Positions 1 through 12,989 of a stretch of 64,000 bases of DNA are shown here, piece by piece. How positions within the stretch are numbered: position 1 is the stretch's first letter; each line of letters opens with the position of its first letter. This DNA is from Mobula hypostoma. Taxonomy: Eukaryota. The translations under genes and the position numbers were made by a program. The stretch lies in the NCBI RefSeq assembly GCF_963921235.1, contig NC_086097.1, positions 85,004,001-85,068,000 on the forward strand. Reading direction: 5' to 3'. The notes under the pieces are model-generated. The model did no database searches and was not told where the DNA came from. It worked only from the letters and a program-made list of their open reading frames with translations.

Positions 1-99
1 TGCACCTCGCTTAAAGTAAAGGTGAGGTTATACCCGCAATTTTGGCTCCTGTGTTTTTCCTTGAATTAGTTTAATGTTTTGAAGTTACAAAACATAACA
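1..99. mobile_element. LTR end fragment, cut by the window edge; same family as 23950-24188 in the opposite orientation
   Basis: The reverse complement (tgttatgttttgtaacttcaaaacattaaactaattcaagg...tactttaagcgaggtgca) aligns with 23950-24046. Ends in ...ataaca at 99. Confidence 0.65.
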
Positions 100-1379
100 G
101 AATTCCTCCTTCCTTACCCTTCCACACTTCCGTAAGAGGGAACCCAGGAATCCACTACTTACTATTTTCTCTTTTTCTTCTATCTCCTTATTAGGTAACA
201 AAATAGCAGAACGCAGTCTGCTGATTTATAATTTGGATGGAAATTCTTTCTGTCAATGGATAAGCCGTTTGATAGATAAGCGGATCAGGAGAACCTGGCG
301 AATTGAGTGGGACTTTAGGTCAGCCTTGGTCTGATGGAATCAATGAGCTAATATGAGAGAATTGAATTCGTTATACTGCTTTTGTGTTCCTTTTATCATT
401 TTGCACCTAACATATGCCCTCTCCCGTCAAGGGGACAGAGAGTGAGGGAAATCCGAGCATAATAGTAAAAGAGAATAATAATATTTAGTAGCTCTCGTTG
501 GGTTGCTTGATTCTGTTTTCTCCTTCTGTATATCTTGTCATACAAATGCTTCCATCATCACTGACTCTGCTCAGCCTCCAAGGAGGTACGTGAAAGAAAA
601 GCTTGACCATGTGGTTGACTGGGAAAACAATCTGTGGCATTTGCTAGCCTCACACCAGAACAGTAATGAGGCATGAGAAACCTGCTGGGAAGGGATAGCC
701 TGTGGGGTTCTAACAGAGATCTGTTCTTAAGCACAGGGAAGTGTGGTTATTATTTTAATTGAAGAAGTCAGAATGAAATTTCTTTTTATGTTTATTCCAG
801 ATTTCCCCCTCGATAAAATTACCACATTGAGGTCATCAGCTGCCCACAACTGAAAACTATATCAACACTTGTCAAACCGTATAAAGTTTTGCTTAATTCT
901 TCATGTGACACAGGTCGAGGACGATTAGAAAATCGTCAGGTTGGTTGCTATGGGAAATGTAGAGTTCATCCCTACCCCCCCCCCCACCTATTGATAGCCA
1001 GTAAACAAAAATCTCACATCAATTTCCTTACTAACAATTACATCCTTGTGTAGTAGCCATGAAAGCAAATACATCTCAAAATTCATTCACCAAGTGTGAA
1101 AGCTATGATCAGATATTATGTAAATATGCTTCCCATACATTTTAATGAATTAATATTAATAAACAATCAGCATTAGAATAAAATGGAGCAGATGTGTTGA
1201 ATTAATGTCCTCGTGAACGAATAACTGTAAAACATGGTGTTGGCATTGACAAACCCAGCTCTTCAGTGTAAACTAGGACAGCAGCATACCCATTTTGCTC
1301 CGTGCTGAGCTTTGATCTTCATCTCTACTGTCATGATAATCCTAATTTCAGACAGATTGTGCCTAATGCTTGGCTAAAG

Positions 1380-1470
1380 TATCAACTGGACAATAGTAAT
1401 ACCTACATTAGGCTGCTGTTTATTGACTACAGCTCAGTGTTCAACACAATTGTACCCTCAGTTCTAATCA
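1380..1470 (+). mobile_element. Rex1/Babar-like LINE RT fragment
   Basis: Translates as LDNSNTYIRLLFIDYSSVFNTIVPS, the Rex1-type 'RMLFIDYSSAFNTI' RT motif. Confidence 0.7.
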
Positions 1471-2067
1471 ACTTCTGTCATTACATTTTGTATTGGAAAA
1501 TAGAGCGTAGATGTTTCGAATTAAAAATAAACAAGCATTCCAGCCCTGCACTGAGGAATTTAAACCTTTCAGAGGCATAGATGCATGTGATGATGATGAA
1601 AGGCTGTGCATACAGTTGAAATCCGTGTATGGACGGGTATGCCAGAGCATTGGTTATTGACTAAAGTTCTAAGGATGCGATGTTAACTCCCACTATGGCA
1701 GCTAGGGGATTTAAATTAATTCAGTCCCATACTAAACAAGTCAAGAAATAAGAGCTAATTTGTACAAAAATGAATGCAAATCCACTGAACTGTAATAAAA
1801 ATCTGCTGTATTACTAATATATTTAGGGAAGGAAAATGGCTATGCTTATCCAATATAGCTTATATACAACTTAAGTTCTGTAATAATGTGATTGGTTGTT
1901 AACTGATGTAGCCTCACATGCCACCTATCCCAAGGGGAACATAGCATGGTCTTGCCCACAATGGCCATCTACTGGATAACCTTAAGGTTGAAAATTCACT
2001 CAGTCAGTAAGTAAGAAATAAAATCATGAGCATCTTGACAATAGGATGTTTTACTGGAAAACCTGGA

Positions 2068-2905
2068 AGTTGAGCTGAAAGATGGCAGATGGAGTTTAAT
2101 GCTGAAAAAATGTGAGGTGCTATATTTTGGTAGGACTAATCAAAATAGGACATACATGGTAAATGGTAGGGCATTGAAGAATGCAGTAGAACAGAGGGAT
2201 CTAGGAATAATGGTGCATAGTTCCCTGAAGGTGGAATCTCATGTGGATAGGGTGGCGAAGGAAGCTTTTGGTTTGCTGGCCTTTATAAATCAGAGCATTG
2301 AGTATAGGAGTTGGGATGTAATGTTGAAATTGTTTAAGGCATTGGTAAGGCCAAATTTGGAGTATTGTGTACAGTTCTGGTCACCGAATTATAGGAAAGA
2401 TGTCAATAAAATTGAGAGAGTACAGAGGAGATTTACTAGAATGTTGCCTGGGTTTCATCTCCTAAGCTACAGAGAAAGGTTGAACAAGTTAGATCTTTAG
2501 TCTTTGGAGCGTAGAAGGTTGAGGGGGGACGATAGAGGTGTTTAAAATTATGAGGGGGATTGATAGAGTTGACGTGGATAGGCTTTTTCCATTGGGAATG
2601 GGGGAGATTCAAACAAGAGGACATGAGTTGAGAGTTAAAGGGCAAAAATTTAGAGATAACATGAGGGGGAACTTCTTTACTCAGAGAGTGGTAGCTGTGT
2701 GGAACGAGCTTCCAGCAGAAATGGTTGAGGCATGTTCGATGTTCTCGTTTAAAGTTAAATTGGATAGATATATGGACAGGAAAGGAATGGAGGGTTATGG
2801 GCTGAGTGCAGGTCGGTGGGACTAGGTGAGAGTAAGAGTTCGGCACAGACTAGAAGGGCCGAGATGGCCTGTTTCCGTGCTGTAATTGTTATATGGTTAT
2901 ATGTT
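2068..2905 (+). mobile_element. 5'-truncated CR1-clade (HER1-like) LINE, RT C-terminus and 3' UTR
   Basis: ORFs 2099-2500 and 2538-2825 contain KCEVLYFGRTN, RDLGIMVH, LVRPNLEYCVQFWSP, ERVQRRFTRM and FFTQRVVAVWNELP. Tail ...gggccgagatggcctgtttccgtgctgta. Confidence 0.92.
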
Positions 2906-2919
2906 ATATGCATAAATAT

Positions 2920-3690
2920 AGGTTTTTTTTATCACAAAGGAAATGACAGTGTCACGGTAGCACTACAAGTGCACAGATATACAAATATTAGAAGAGAAGT
3001 AAGAAAGAATACAAATTAAGTTACCTCAAACAGTCTAACAGGAGGGGGTCATCACTTCCTGGCTATAGTTTGACTCATTATAGAGCCTAATGGCTGAGGG
3101 TAAAAATAACCTCAGATAGTGCTCTTTGGAGTAGTGCAGTTATCTTAGTCTATTACTGAAAGTGTTCCTCTGTTCAGCCAAGGTGGCATGCAGAGGGTGA
3201 GAAACATTGTCCAGAATTGCCAAGATTTTCCGTAGGGTCCTTTGTTCTACCACAGCTTCCAGTGTGTCAAGTTTGACTCCTATAACAGAGCCATCCTTTC
3301 TAATCAGTTTATTGAGCCTGCTGGCCCCAGCACATCACCACATAGAAGATTGTACTGGCGACAACAGACTGGTAGAACATGTAGACGAGAGGCCTACATA
3401 TTCCAAAGGACCTCAGTCTCCTCGGGAAGCAGAGGTAACTCTGGCCCTTTTTGTACACAGCCTCTGTGTTGATGCTCCACTCAAGTCTGTCATCCAGGTG
3501 CACCCCCAGGTACTTGTAGGTCCTCACCACATCCACGTCCTCACCATCAGTAGTAACAGGAAGCAGTGCAGGCTTAGTCTTCCTAAAGTCCATCACCATC
3601 TCCTTTGTCTTACTGAAGTTGAGCTGCAGATGATTCAGCTTGCACCATTTGACGATGTCTTCCACCAGAGCCCTGTATTTATCCTCCTGC
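2920..3690 (-). mobile_element. 5'-truncated Rex1/Babar LINE
   Basis: ORF 3309-3665(-): WCKLNHLQLNFSKTKEMVMDFRK...YKYLGVHLDDRLEW...RRLRSFGIC...MFYQSVVAS. Confidence 0.88.
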
Positions 3691-3707
3691 CCTCCCTTAG
3701 TTAAGAG

Positions 3708-4845
3708 TAATGATTCCTAAGCTCCGGAACCTGGGCCTTAACACTCAGATCTGCAGCTGGATCTTCAACTTCCTCACAGACAGGACCCAGGCTGTAAAAA
3801 TAGTGGACAAGCTCTCCTCTACAATCACTCTGAGCACCGGTGCCCCACAAGGCTGTGTACTCAGCCCCTGCTGTACTCAATGTACACCCATGATTGTGTA
3901 GCCAAGTTTCCATCAAACTTAATATATAAGTTTGCTGATGACACCACAATTGTAGGCCGTATCCCGGGTAATGATGAGTTTGAGTACAGAGAGAAAATTA
4001 AGAACCTGGTGGCATGGTGCGAAGACAATAACCTATCCCTCAATGTCAGCAAGACAAAGGAATTGGTTGTTGACTTCAGAAGGAGTAGCAGACCGCACGA
4101 CCCCATTTACATCGGTGTGCACAAGTGGAACAGGTCAAAAGCTTTAAGTTCCTTGGGGTCAATATCACAAATGACCTGACTTGGTCCAACCAAGCAGAGT
4201 CCACTGCCCAGAAGGCCCACCAGTGCCTTTATTTCCCGAGAAAGCTAAAGAAATTTGGCCTGTCCCCTAAAACCCTCACTAATTTTTATAGATGCATCGT
4301 AGAAAGCATTCTTCTAGGGTGCATCACAACCTGGTATGGAAGTTGTCCTGTCCAAGACCAGAAGAAGCTGCAGAAGATCATGAACATAGCCCAGCACATC
4401 ACACAAACCAATCTTCCGTCCGTGGACTCACTTTACACTGCACGCTGTCGGAGCAGTGCTGCCAGGATAATCAAGGACATGACCCACCCAGCCAACACAC
4501 TTTTCGTCCCTCTTCCCTCTGGGAGAAGGCTCAGGATCTTGAAGACTCGTATGGCCAGATTTGGGAACAGCTTCTTTCCAACTGCGATAAGACTGCTGAA
4601 CGGATCCTGACCCAGATCTGGGCCGTACCCTCCAAATATCCGGACCTGCATCTCAGTTTTTTTTTTCACTACCCTACTTTCCCTTTTCTGTTCTCTATTT
4701 ATGATCTATAATTTAAATTTTTAATATTTACTATCAATTTATACTCCAGTGAGCGCAAAGCGCAGAATCAAATATCGCTGTGATGATTGTATGTTCTAGT
4801 ATCAATTGTTTGGCGACAATGAAGTATAAAGTATAAAGTATAAAA
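3708..4845 (+). mobile_element. 5'-truncated Rex1/Babar LINE with frameshifted RT
   Basis: [22 protein letters not shown] (catalytic FADD), LNVSKTKELVVDFRR, FKFLGVNI and NSFFPTAIRLLN. (aagtata)n tail at about 4822-4843. Confidence 0.93.
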
Positions 4846-4849
4846 AAGT

Positions 4850-5110
4850 GTAATGGTGAGTGAAGTTATCCGCGCTGGTTTCCAGTGCTGTTCTGTAAGG
4901 AGTCCCTGTATATCCTCCCCATGGAATGCATAGGTTTTCCCCAGGCATTCTGCTTTCCTTCCACAGTCCAAAGATGTACCGGGTAGTTTAATTGGTTATT
5001 GTAAATTTCCCGTGATTAAATTAGGATAAAATCAGGGTTTTCAGGGATTGCTGGGGCAGCATGGTTCGAAGGGTTGGAAAGGCCTACATCACACCGTATC
5101 TCGAAACAAG
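4850..5110 (+). mobile_element. V-SINE (HE1-like), decayed
   Basis: V-domain-like ggttttccccaggcattctgctttccttccacagtccaaagatgtacc followed by a CR1-type tail. Confidence 0.75.
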
Positions 5111-6312
5111 AAAAATTTCTTTGAGGCCCTGAATATAACAGTGGGGGAGCAAACATAACAGTTAAATTTTACTAGACGCTAGTAGATTATGGAGACTAAA
5201 TTACCATATATAGTTCCGGTATTATATTGAAGAAAAAATGTGGCAACACCCAAGAAGTACCAAGGTCAGAACATTTAGCTCTGAGGAAGAACTGGCTGAG
5301 ATAGGTTCATATTCTCTGAACTACTGGAAGTTTGCAAGAGGTTTAATTAAAATGCATATGTTATGGCACGTCTAGGTAGAGCAGAGGGGAACTTAATTCC
5401 ATTAGCAGACAGGTCAATAATCATTGCAGTTTTTAATAAAATTAATAAAATAAATTGTTTTTAATTCGATCATTCATTTCCTGAATCTGGGCATCTCTGG
5501 GAAGGGCAGTATTAATTAACCATCAATAAATGCCCTTGACAGGTGATGGTGAGATGCTTTCTTGAACAACCACGGCACTTTAATAAAACATTAGTAGAGC
5601 TATTAGTAGAGCTACTAGGACTTGATTATATAGAAGAAAATCCCAGCTGCATGGCAACAAAGGCTATGTGCTGGGGGCATTTCAGTTACTGCGCGGCCAC
5701 GCACACACACACACAGCTTACAGGGAACAGTGCCTGCCACATAATCTGTATTCCTTTGCCCTGCTTGCTCTCAATGAAGTGCATAACCTCATACTTCCCT
5801 AAACTGATTTTCATTTGCCAGCCGTGAATAGTATGAACAGCATTATGCAGCAAAGGCACAGATCCTTTGGTGCCTTTCTTTTCTCAATCAAACATACTTT
5901 AAAGAGCAAAAGACAAATTTCGTGTGAGCATCTTCTATGGAAGGAGCGAATTTGTTGATGTTTTGGGTCAAGACCCTGCATCAGTCCTGACAATTGCTGT
6001 CCCCTCTCCGCTCCCCAATAATGCTAATGATCCATTGAGCTCCTCTAGCAGTTTGTCTGTTCCTCCAAATTCCAGTAGCTGCAGTCTCTTATATCGCCAC
6101 TCCTTTAAAGAGATATCTAATGACTTTGATTCTAAAGGTCTTGGGGTTAACTATCATTCTATAGACCTAAACACCTCACCTAGACTAAAACTTCAGTAAT
6201 GCACTCTCCAAATTTATGGTCAAAGTTAAGCTTAGGCTTCATCGGTTCTCTTAGGTTAATATAAATTATCATTGGGCCTATATCAAGGAAATTTCTATGT
6301 CCTGGTCAACAT

Positions 6313-6600
6313 TTATCTCTCAAGCAACAGCACTTTAAATTTTGGAGAAGGCATTTGAATGCTCAGCCAACTGTGTATTGGAGTTTCAGCCACCTTTAAG
6401 CTTTTCTCAACAGATTCAAACTTACAGATAATAATCTGTTTGCTCCTACACTGTGCCCCAAGTTCCAAATCTTGTTCCATTTGGTTGAAGGCCTTGTCAG
6501 TGGTCTGAATCTTCTTCACTAGTTTCTTGTCCTCAGCGTAGAGGCTGTTGATCATGTCATCCTCAAACCATGACTGGAAATCCAATCTCGCCAACTCTGT
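6313..6600 (-). mobile_element. Ancient CR1/L2-type RT remnant
   Basis: SLYAEDKKLVKKIQT...MEQDL...WLSIQMPSPKFKVLLLER resembles SLYADDTKL..KI...LQ.DL...W...F.PSKCKVLHLGR (degenerate YADD). Confidence 0.45.
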
Positions 6601-6669
6601 GCAGCTGCCATCTGGCCAACACTGGCCAACTGTACCCTTATCCTCAGGTACCTGAGCATCTCTCTGAAT

Positions 6670-7120
6670 TGGTTTACTATAGCCACGTGTCCCAAGATAG
6701 AGTGAAATACTTTGTTTTGTGTGCTGTCTGTCAGATCATTCCACCTATAAGGACACCAAAGGAAAAAAAAACACAAAAACAGAATGCAGAACGTAGTGTC
6801 AAACTTACAAAATGCAACACAGGTATACAAATAAAATGCAAAGTCCAAGACATGGTAGCTGGGAGACCAAGAGTCCGTCTCTATCTGTAAGAGGTCTGTT
6901 CAGCAGTATCATAACAGCAGGGTAGAAACTGTTCTTGAACCTAGTGGTGAATGATTTCAAGCTTTTATATCTCCTGACCAACAGAAAGGGAGAGAAGAGA
7001 GAATGACCAGTCTGTGAGGAATCTTTTGCTTTTCTGATGCAGTGGGAATTGTAGACAGTTTCATTAGAGGGAAGGGTGTTTTTTTTGATGGTCTGTGCAC
7101 ATCTCTGCAATTTCATGAAT
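6670..7120 (-). mobile_element. Rex1/Babar 3' fragment
   Basis: ORF 6805-7116(-): GHSLFSPFLLVRRYKSLKSFTTRFKNSFYPAVMILLN. Confidence 0.8.
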
Positions 7121-8202
7121 CTTGGTTGTCTTTCTAATCATCCCCCTCTCTCAATTTACTCCTCTGAGTGCAACCACCCACCACAGCTCCTAACTGACCT
7201 CCTGCTCAATTGTCCCCTCCTTCAGTCATCTCTACCATCATCATTCTGTCGCAAGCCCCACTATGATTATGCCCTTCCAAAGAGCCAGCTCCAATAATCC
7301 AATAATCCAATAATCCACCCTCTCCTATCCTTAAGCTGATTTCTTCATAGTTTTCCATCCTAGGAGATCACGAGCCTCTGAGTGAGTCTGTATCAGCTGT
7401 GATGCCTTGGGTCTTAAGTGCATCGGGATGTTACTGTCTGGATCCCACCACACCAATAAAACTAGTGTATGCTGCGGACGCATTGCCACGTTAATAAGCA
7501 CAACAATTTCTAGGTCAGTAAATTTTATTCCATTACTTTAGGCTGGATTCAGATTTAGCCTCAAAGAGGTGAAAGATGAGTGTATTACAGGTATCCAACA
7601 ATCCATTCAGATTGGAAAATTTGTGAAAGCAATTTGACTGCATAGGAAGGAAGCCAAATATCAAAGAGTGGCCATTTTCTTTTGAAAAGGCAGCAAAAGT
7701 GATCACTTATTTACTGAATTGTATGTGTTGTCAAAGACAGAAAATAGTTTGTTCAACTCACTTGTCATACAAGGTTGATTAATCTTGTTTTACTGTGCAG
7801 ATTATAATTCTGCACAATCAAGAACGTGCATTTTGTGTTGATAGTATCCATGAAAATTGAGTTGTCACAACTTTGTAATCTCGTGAAGCATCCTTTGCTT
7901 TATTTGTTTCCATGCATGTCAATAAAGTAGATTTATGTGGATTAATATCATATTGCCTAGTTTTGCGACTGCAGTGTCCTGATCCTTAGACACTACCAAT
8001 GGAGCATTTTCGGACTTACTGGGGTATCTGGATCAAGTGGATCAACCTCTTCTTTTGAAATATTCATGTTGAGACTATTCAGCTTTTGTGGAAGTCTCTC
8101 AAATAAGCAGTAAGAGACTATTTCCTGCTTTCTGCTTTTAATTTTAATTTTGTGTTTCTTCTTCTTGCATCTCTTTAATTTACATTTGAATCATTTTGGC
8201 TT

Positions 8203-8311
8203 CTCTCTCTCTCTCTCTCTCTGCCCCCACCCTCCCCTCTCCCCTCCCTCTTTCCCTCTCTCTGTCTCTCTCTCCCTCTCCCTCCCTCCCTCTCTCTCCA
8301 CCTCTCTCTCA
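8203..8311. repeat. (CT)n-rich polypyrimidine low-complexity tract
   Basis: Directly visible ctctctctct.../ccctct run. Confidence 0.9.
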
Positions 8312-9474
8312 ACCCCCCTTTACTTCTCTACCTCAGCCATTAGTACGTTACTATCCTACAATCTCAGTATGAATTGCTTTCATCATTTGCTTTTCAACAT
8401 CAAGAAATCTGAGGAGCTGCTGTCAGTATTTTAGTTCAGAAATTCTACAAACATTTTGCAATCCTTTCTTGATGATTCTGTCAATTTAAGTTTACTAAAG
8501 GAAGGTATGAACAGTTGGACTTTGCTGTACTCAACCTACAGATGCAGTCGGATTAGGTCTCAGGACACATGTACAGGAGTAAACATTCTTACCTGAAATT
8601 TCCATTTGTTTGAAGTGCTTTTCTGACACATTTCAAAGGAAATCAGTATAACAGCTGCTAAAGGTCACAGAATTTTGAGCACAAATTGTAATCAGGTTAC
8701 TGAATCTTTTGCAATTGTTTTAGAAGGCTCCAGCTAAAACCTGGCTTGACTGATGTGATTGCTTTACTTTCTGATTGCATACAATGTAATTGTACTTTAC
8801 TGCTTATTACACTCAAGGAGGCTTTAAAAATTAAATATCCTTTTGAGCCCAAAGATATAATGATACATTTCAAAAGTACGGTCATATACAAATAGGGCAG
8901 CCACCCCCTCTCCAGAACCCATAAACATAGAACAGTACAGCACTGTACAGACCCATGAAATATTAAAGTATCAGGTCAAAGATAAAGAGACCTCCTATTT
9001 AATATCTCCTATCACAGTGGATATTGGCTCTTCTGCATGTTGGATACTACTTGGAAGAAGCACTGAGAGTAGCAAGAATGCAGCGGACTTAGTGTTGGGT
9101 GCTTAGAATAACCATATCAAATGTGGTCTGGTAATGCCAGGACAGACCAGACTGGTCAGGTCTCCAGAGACAAGACTATTAGCTTGGTCCAGCAGTAAGT
9201 TGTGAGTATATTAATGAGGATAAAACCTCTTGACATTGCTCTCACCTGTCATTGCTATATTACTGCCTGCCGCCTTGACACGGATCTTCTGCAGATAAAG
9301 TCCTGTCTTCCTACTGAGACCAAACTCCGTCATGTTTTGTGGTATTACTGACATGTGAGATGGGATACATGCCGTACCGATCTGCAGGCTCAGCATTGGG
9401 CATCTAAAGGACTCTGTTTACCGTTAGCCGCAGCAGCAGTATCAACCATCTAACACCTTATGGCCAGGAATATC

Positions 9475-11235
9475 TGTCACTCTGCAGTTACTGTCAAGCT
9501 AATAGACTAACACCAATTCAGTCAGAAGCCTGGAAGGGCATTCTGGAATCAGTGCTGGGGACACTAAAACATAAAGGTGCCATCTTGATAATGCTACAGT
9601 ACGTGACAACATGCATGCTGAGGAGCTGAAGCCACTTGTGATAGAGCAGATCACAACCAAAGAATGCTCAACCATATCTGTGTTGGTCCGGTCCATGATG
9701 TCCGCATTCCGGTTCACAGCCTGGTCCATTGATTCCTTATTCTGGGTTTTCCTGCTTTCTCTTGTTCCATTGGGTGCCTTAATAGAGGCACCTGATTCTC
9801 GTTTTGGACTGGCACATAAATACCTCTCAAACCAAGGATTCCCTTCTGGACTTGCATCCCCATCAAGTTTAACTGCCAGAGTGAGACCGAAGCCTTGCCA
9901 TGCCAAGATAAGGAACCATCTATCACTGAGCTTGGAACTATCTCTTTGTGTCCCCATGTTTAGTGTCTTTGTCAAAGAAGAGTCCCAGCCTTAGGTCCTG
10001 TTCCCAAGGAGGGGTCCTGACTCTGTGTAAAGCCTGGTCCTAAGTCCTGTTCCCAAGGAGGGGTCCAGGTTCTGTGTTCTGTGTTCCTGTATTCCAAGTT
10101 CCAGGCGCCGTCTTCCAGTCCTGTCCAAGTCAAGGCTTCGTGTTCTCGTCCAGTCCAGGAGTGCTTCGGCAGGTTACCTTGGCAGTTCCCTCAGCAAGTG
10201 TCCTCGGTAGTCAACCTGGTCCTACATCCTAGAAAGGGTCCCAGCTTTGCGTCCTAGTAAGGGTCCAGGTCTTGCGTCCTAGTAAGGGTCCCGGCCCTGC
10301 ATCATAGAAAGGGTCCTTGCGCTGTGGTCGAAGGAGGTGTCCCGGTTCCGTACCTAAGAGTCTAACCAAGTCGAGTCCAAGAGCCGAGCCAATCCTAGTC
10401 CAAGAGCCTCATCCAGTCCACATCCAAGGCTCTGAGCATCCAGTCCACATCCAAGGCTCTGAGAGTCCAGTCCACGTCCAAGGCTCTGAGAGTCCAGTCC
10501 ACGTCCAAGGCCCTCATCCAGTCCACGTCCAAGGCTCTGAGAGTCCAGTCCACGTCCAAGGCTCTGAGCGTCCAGTCCACGTCCAAGGCTCTGTGTTCCT
10601 GTGTTCCAAGGCTCTGAGCATCCAGTCCACGTCCAAGGCTCTGAGAGTCCAGTCCACGTCCAAGGCTCTGAGCGTCCAGTCCACGTCCAAGGCTCTGAGA
10701 GTCCAGTCCACGTCCAAGGCTCTGAGCGTCCAGTCCACGTCCAAGGCTCTGTGTTCCTGTGTTCCAAGGCCAAGTCCAGGCGCCATGTTCCAGCCCTATC
10801 CAAATCTGAGCTTCGTGTCCTCATCTAGTTCTGGTTCCTCGCCCAGCCCGGTGCTGGAGATTCTTCGTCCCGTGCTGGGGTACCTCATCCTGTCCTGTAG
10901 CCATGTCCTGTCCTTGCCAAGATCCTAGCCCCGAGTCCTTGCCAAGATCCTAGTCCCGAGTCCTCGCCTAGACCCAGGTTCCGGATTCTTGTCCAGACTC
11001 TGGTTCCGGAGTTCCGAGTTCCTAGTCCAGGCTCCTTGTTCCTAATTCCACATCCGGGTCCCGTGCTTCTAGCCCAAGTCCTAACCCAGGCCCTGAATCC
11101 TAGTCTCATCCAGGGCCTGTGTCAATGTCCAGCGTAATTTCTTCCTTTGCTTTCTTGACAAACCTAGTCCTGTTCCTAGTACTTCAGTGTCTGTGCCTTG
11201 CATTTGGATCCACTACCAGTGCCCTCTTTATGACA
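9475..11235. mobile_element. Solo LTR (1761 bp), probably Gypsy-type
   Basis: Termini TGTCA (9475) ... TGACA (11235). Perfect 5-bp TSD ATATC at 9470-9474 and 11236-11240. No internal pol. Confidence 0.88.
10411..10752. repeat. 27-bp minisatellite (tccagtccacgtccaaggctctgagag), about 12 copies, inside the solo LTR
   Basis: Direct tandem repeats. They explain the 9-aa periodic ORFs (ESPVHVQGS, ALDVDWTLR, SEPWTWTG). Confidence 0.95.
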
Positions 11236-11399
11236 ATATCTGTATCTACACCACAGAAACAGCCCTTTGGCCCATCCCGTGCATACCAACACGATCTTCT
11301 GCCTGGTCCCATTTACCTGCACCCATACCTGTCTACCTGTACCTACGTCTCCATTTCCTTAGGTGTTTGTAAAGATTCAATACAACATCTAAAACTTTT

Positions 11400-11640
11400 T
11401 CAAACTTCTATAGATGTGTGGTGGAGAGTATATTGACTGGCTGCATCACAATCTGACATGGAAACGCCAATACCCTTGAAGAGAAAATCCTACAAAAGGT
11501 AGAGGATACGTTTCAGTCCATCACGGGTAAAGCCCTCCCCACCATTGAGCACATCTACCAGAGCGTTACCAGAGGAAAACATCTTCCATCATCAGGAATC
11601 CCCATCACTCAGCCTATGTTCTCTTCTCACTGTTTCTCAA
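11400..11640 (+). mobile_element. Rex1/Babar 3' ORF fragment
   Basis: aacttctatagatgtgtggtggagagtatattgactggctgcatcac (NFYRCVVESILTGCIT) and gccctccccaccattgagcacatctac. Confidence 0.75.
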
Positions 11641-12989
11641 GATTTCCAGCAGCTGCAGAACGTCTAAATCAGTCTCACCCAGTGTAAGGGGAAAGAGCCT
11701 GCATGCATCATCCTATTTATACACTCATAATTTTACATTGAAACAGTTAATTGGGAAGTCAAGGCTACCCAAGCATTCTTATCATCAACAGTGGCAGACC
11801 CCCATGTAAGTACACAAAACAAGATTGAGCAGCCTTAACTGATGATCGAAACCAGCCTCCTCCTATTGTCCTACCATTTCAGAAGCCTCTCTTAAGCTCT
11901 GTCAGATCACTCCTTGCATTATGACAAAGCTCCTGAATTTCTAACTACAGTGAATTTTTATAGGACTTCACAATACCTTGGATGAAGAGCTAAAGGCATC
12001 CTCCAGATCCAGCCAAACCATTCCACTAGCATGTATCTGGCAAAGCAGAAACTTGCTCAGGTATGTTGTATCAAAGAAAAGACAATTACAACCTGTTTAA
12101 TCAATGGCCAGTCAGGTTCCTCTTCAGCTAGTTGACTGATGGCATTGTTATCATTGTTGCCCATGCCATGTTGCTGACTATAGACTTACACTCACAATCT
12201 GAAATCTGTCTGTGTCTGAGTGGGACTGCCATGGATATCCAGGCAGCATTTGACTGAGTGCTATTAATAAGCCTTGGCAAAACGGAGGCTCTATTGAATC
12301 AGGGGTAAAACTCCAAAATGTTTGGAGCCAAAACTTGCATGAAGGAACCTGCTTCTTGTTGTTGGAGGTCAATCATCGCAGTGTAGCCCGTCACTGCAGG
12401 ATTCCTCAGGAAATACTTAGATTCTTCATCAACAACCTCTTCAACATGAAGGGAGAGGTGCTGGCACTTGCAGGTAATTTCACAAAGGGCAGTTCTGTTA
12501 GCAGCCATTCTGCAATGAACACTGGAGACAACCTGCAACAGTATCTGGGCACTATATGGGCGTGAATGGGAATGTGACATTCACAAGACATAACTTTGTA
12601 GCAATGACCATTTCCAACATGTGAGAGTCTAACCCTATACTCTAGATATTTCAATTATGTTGCTCTTTGACTGTCCTCCAACATCCTGGGGATCATGATT
12701 AACTAGAGATGAGTTGGATAGTCATACTAATATGTTCATATTGTGACTGCAAGAATAGGTAGGTGGTTTGAAAGTAACTCCCCTCCCTACTCTTTGTAAC
12801 TTTTCTTTTTATAATCCACAAGACATGTCAGAAAAGTGATGGAGTACTAGCTACCTGCCTGGATATGTGCAGTCTCTGTAACACCAAAGAAGCTAAACGG
12901 CTTCTAAGATAAAGCAACCCACTTGATAGGCACCCTATGCAACATCTTGAACACTTGATAGTCACCCTATGTAATGTCAATACAAATAA

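Noticed and set aside
6313..6594. Coiled-coil or tropomyosin-like ORF
   Set aside because: Better explained as a degenerate LINE RT (YAED in place of YADD).
8593..8657. Minus-strand exon candidate (tttAG...ttcag/GTAAGA)
   Set aside because: No recognisable peptide or partner exons; such signals occur by chance in 64 kb.
10317..10928. Long repetitive ORFs on both strands as a novel repeat protein or CRISPR-like array
   Set aside because: They are produced by a 27-bp tandem unit inside a TSD-bounded LTR. There are no unique spacers, no cas genes, and the context is eukaryotic.
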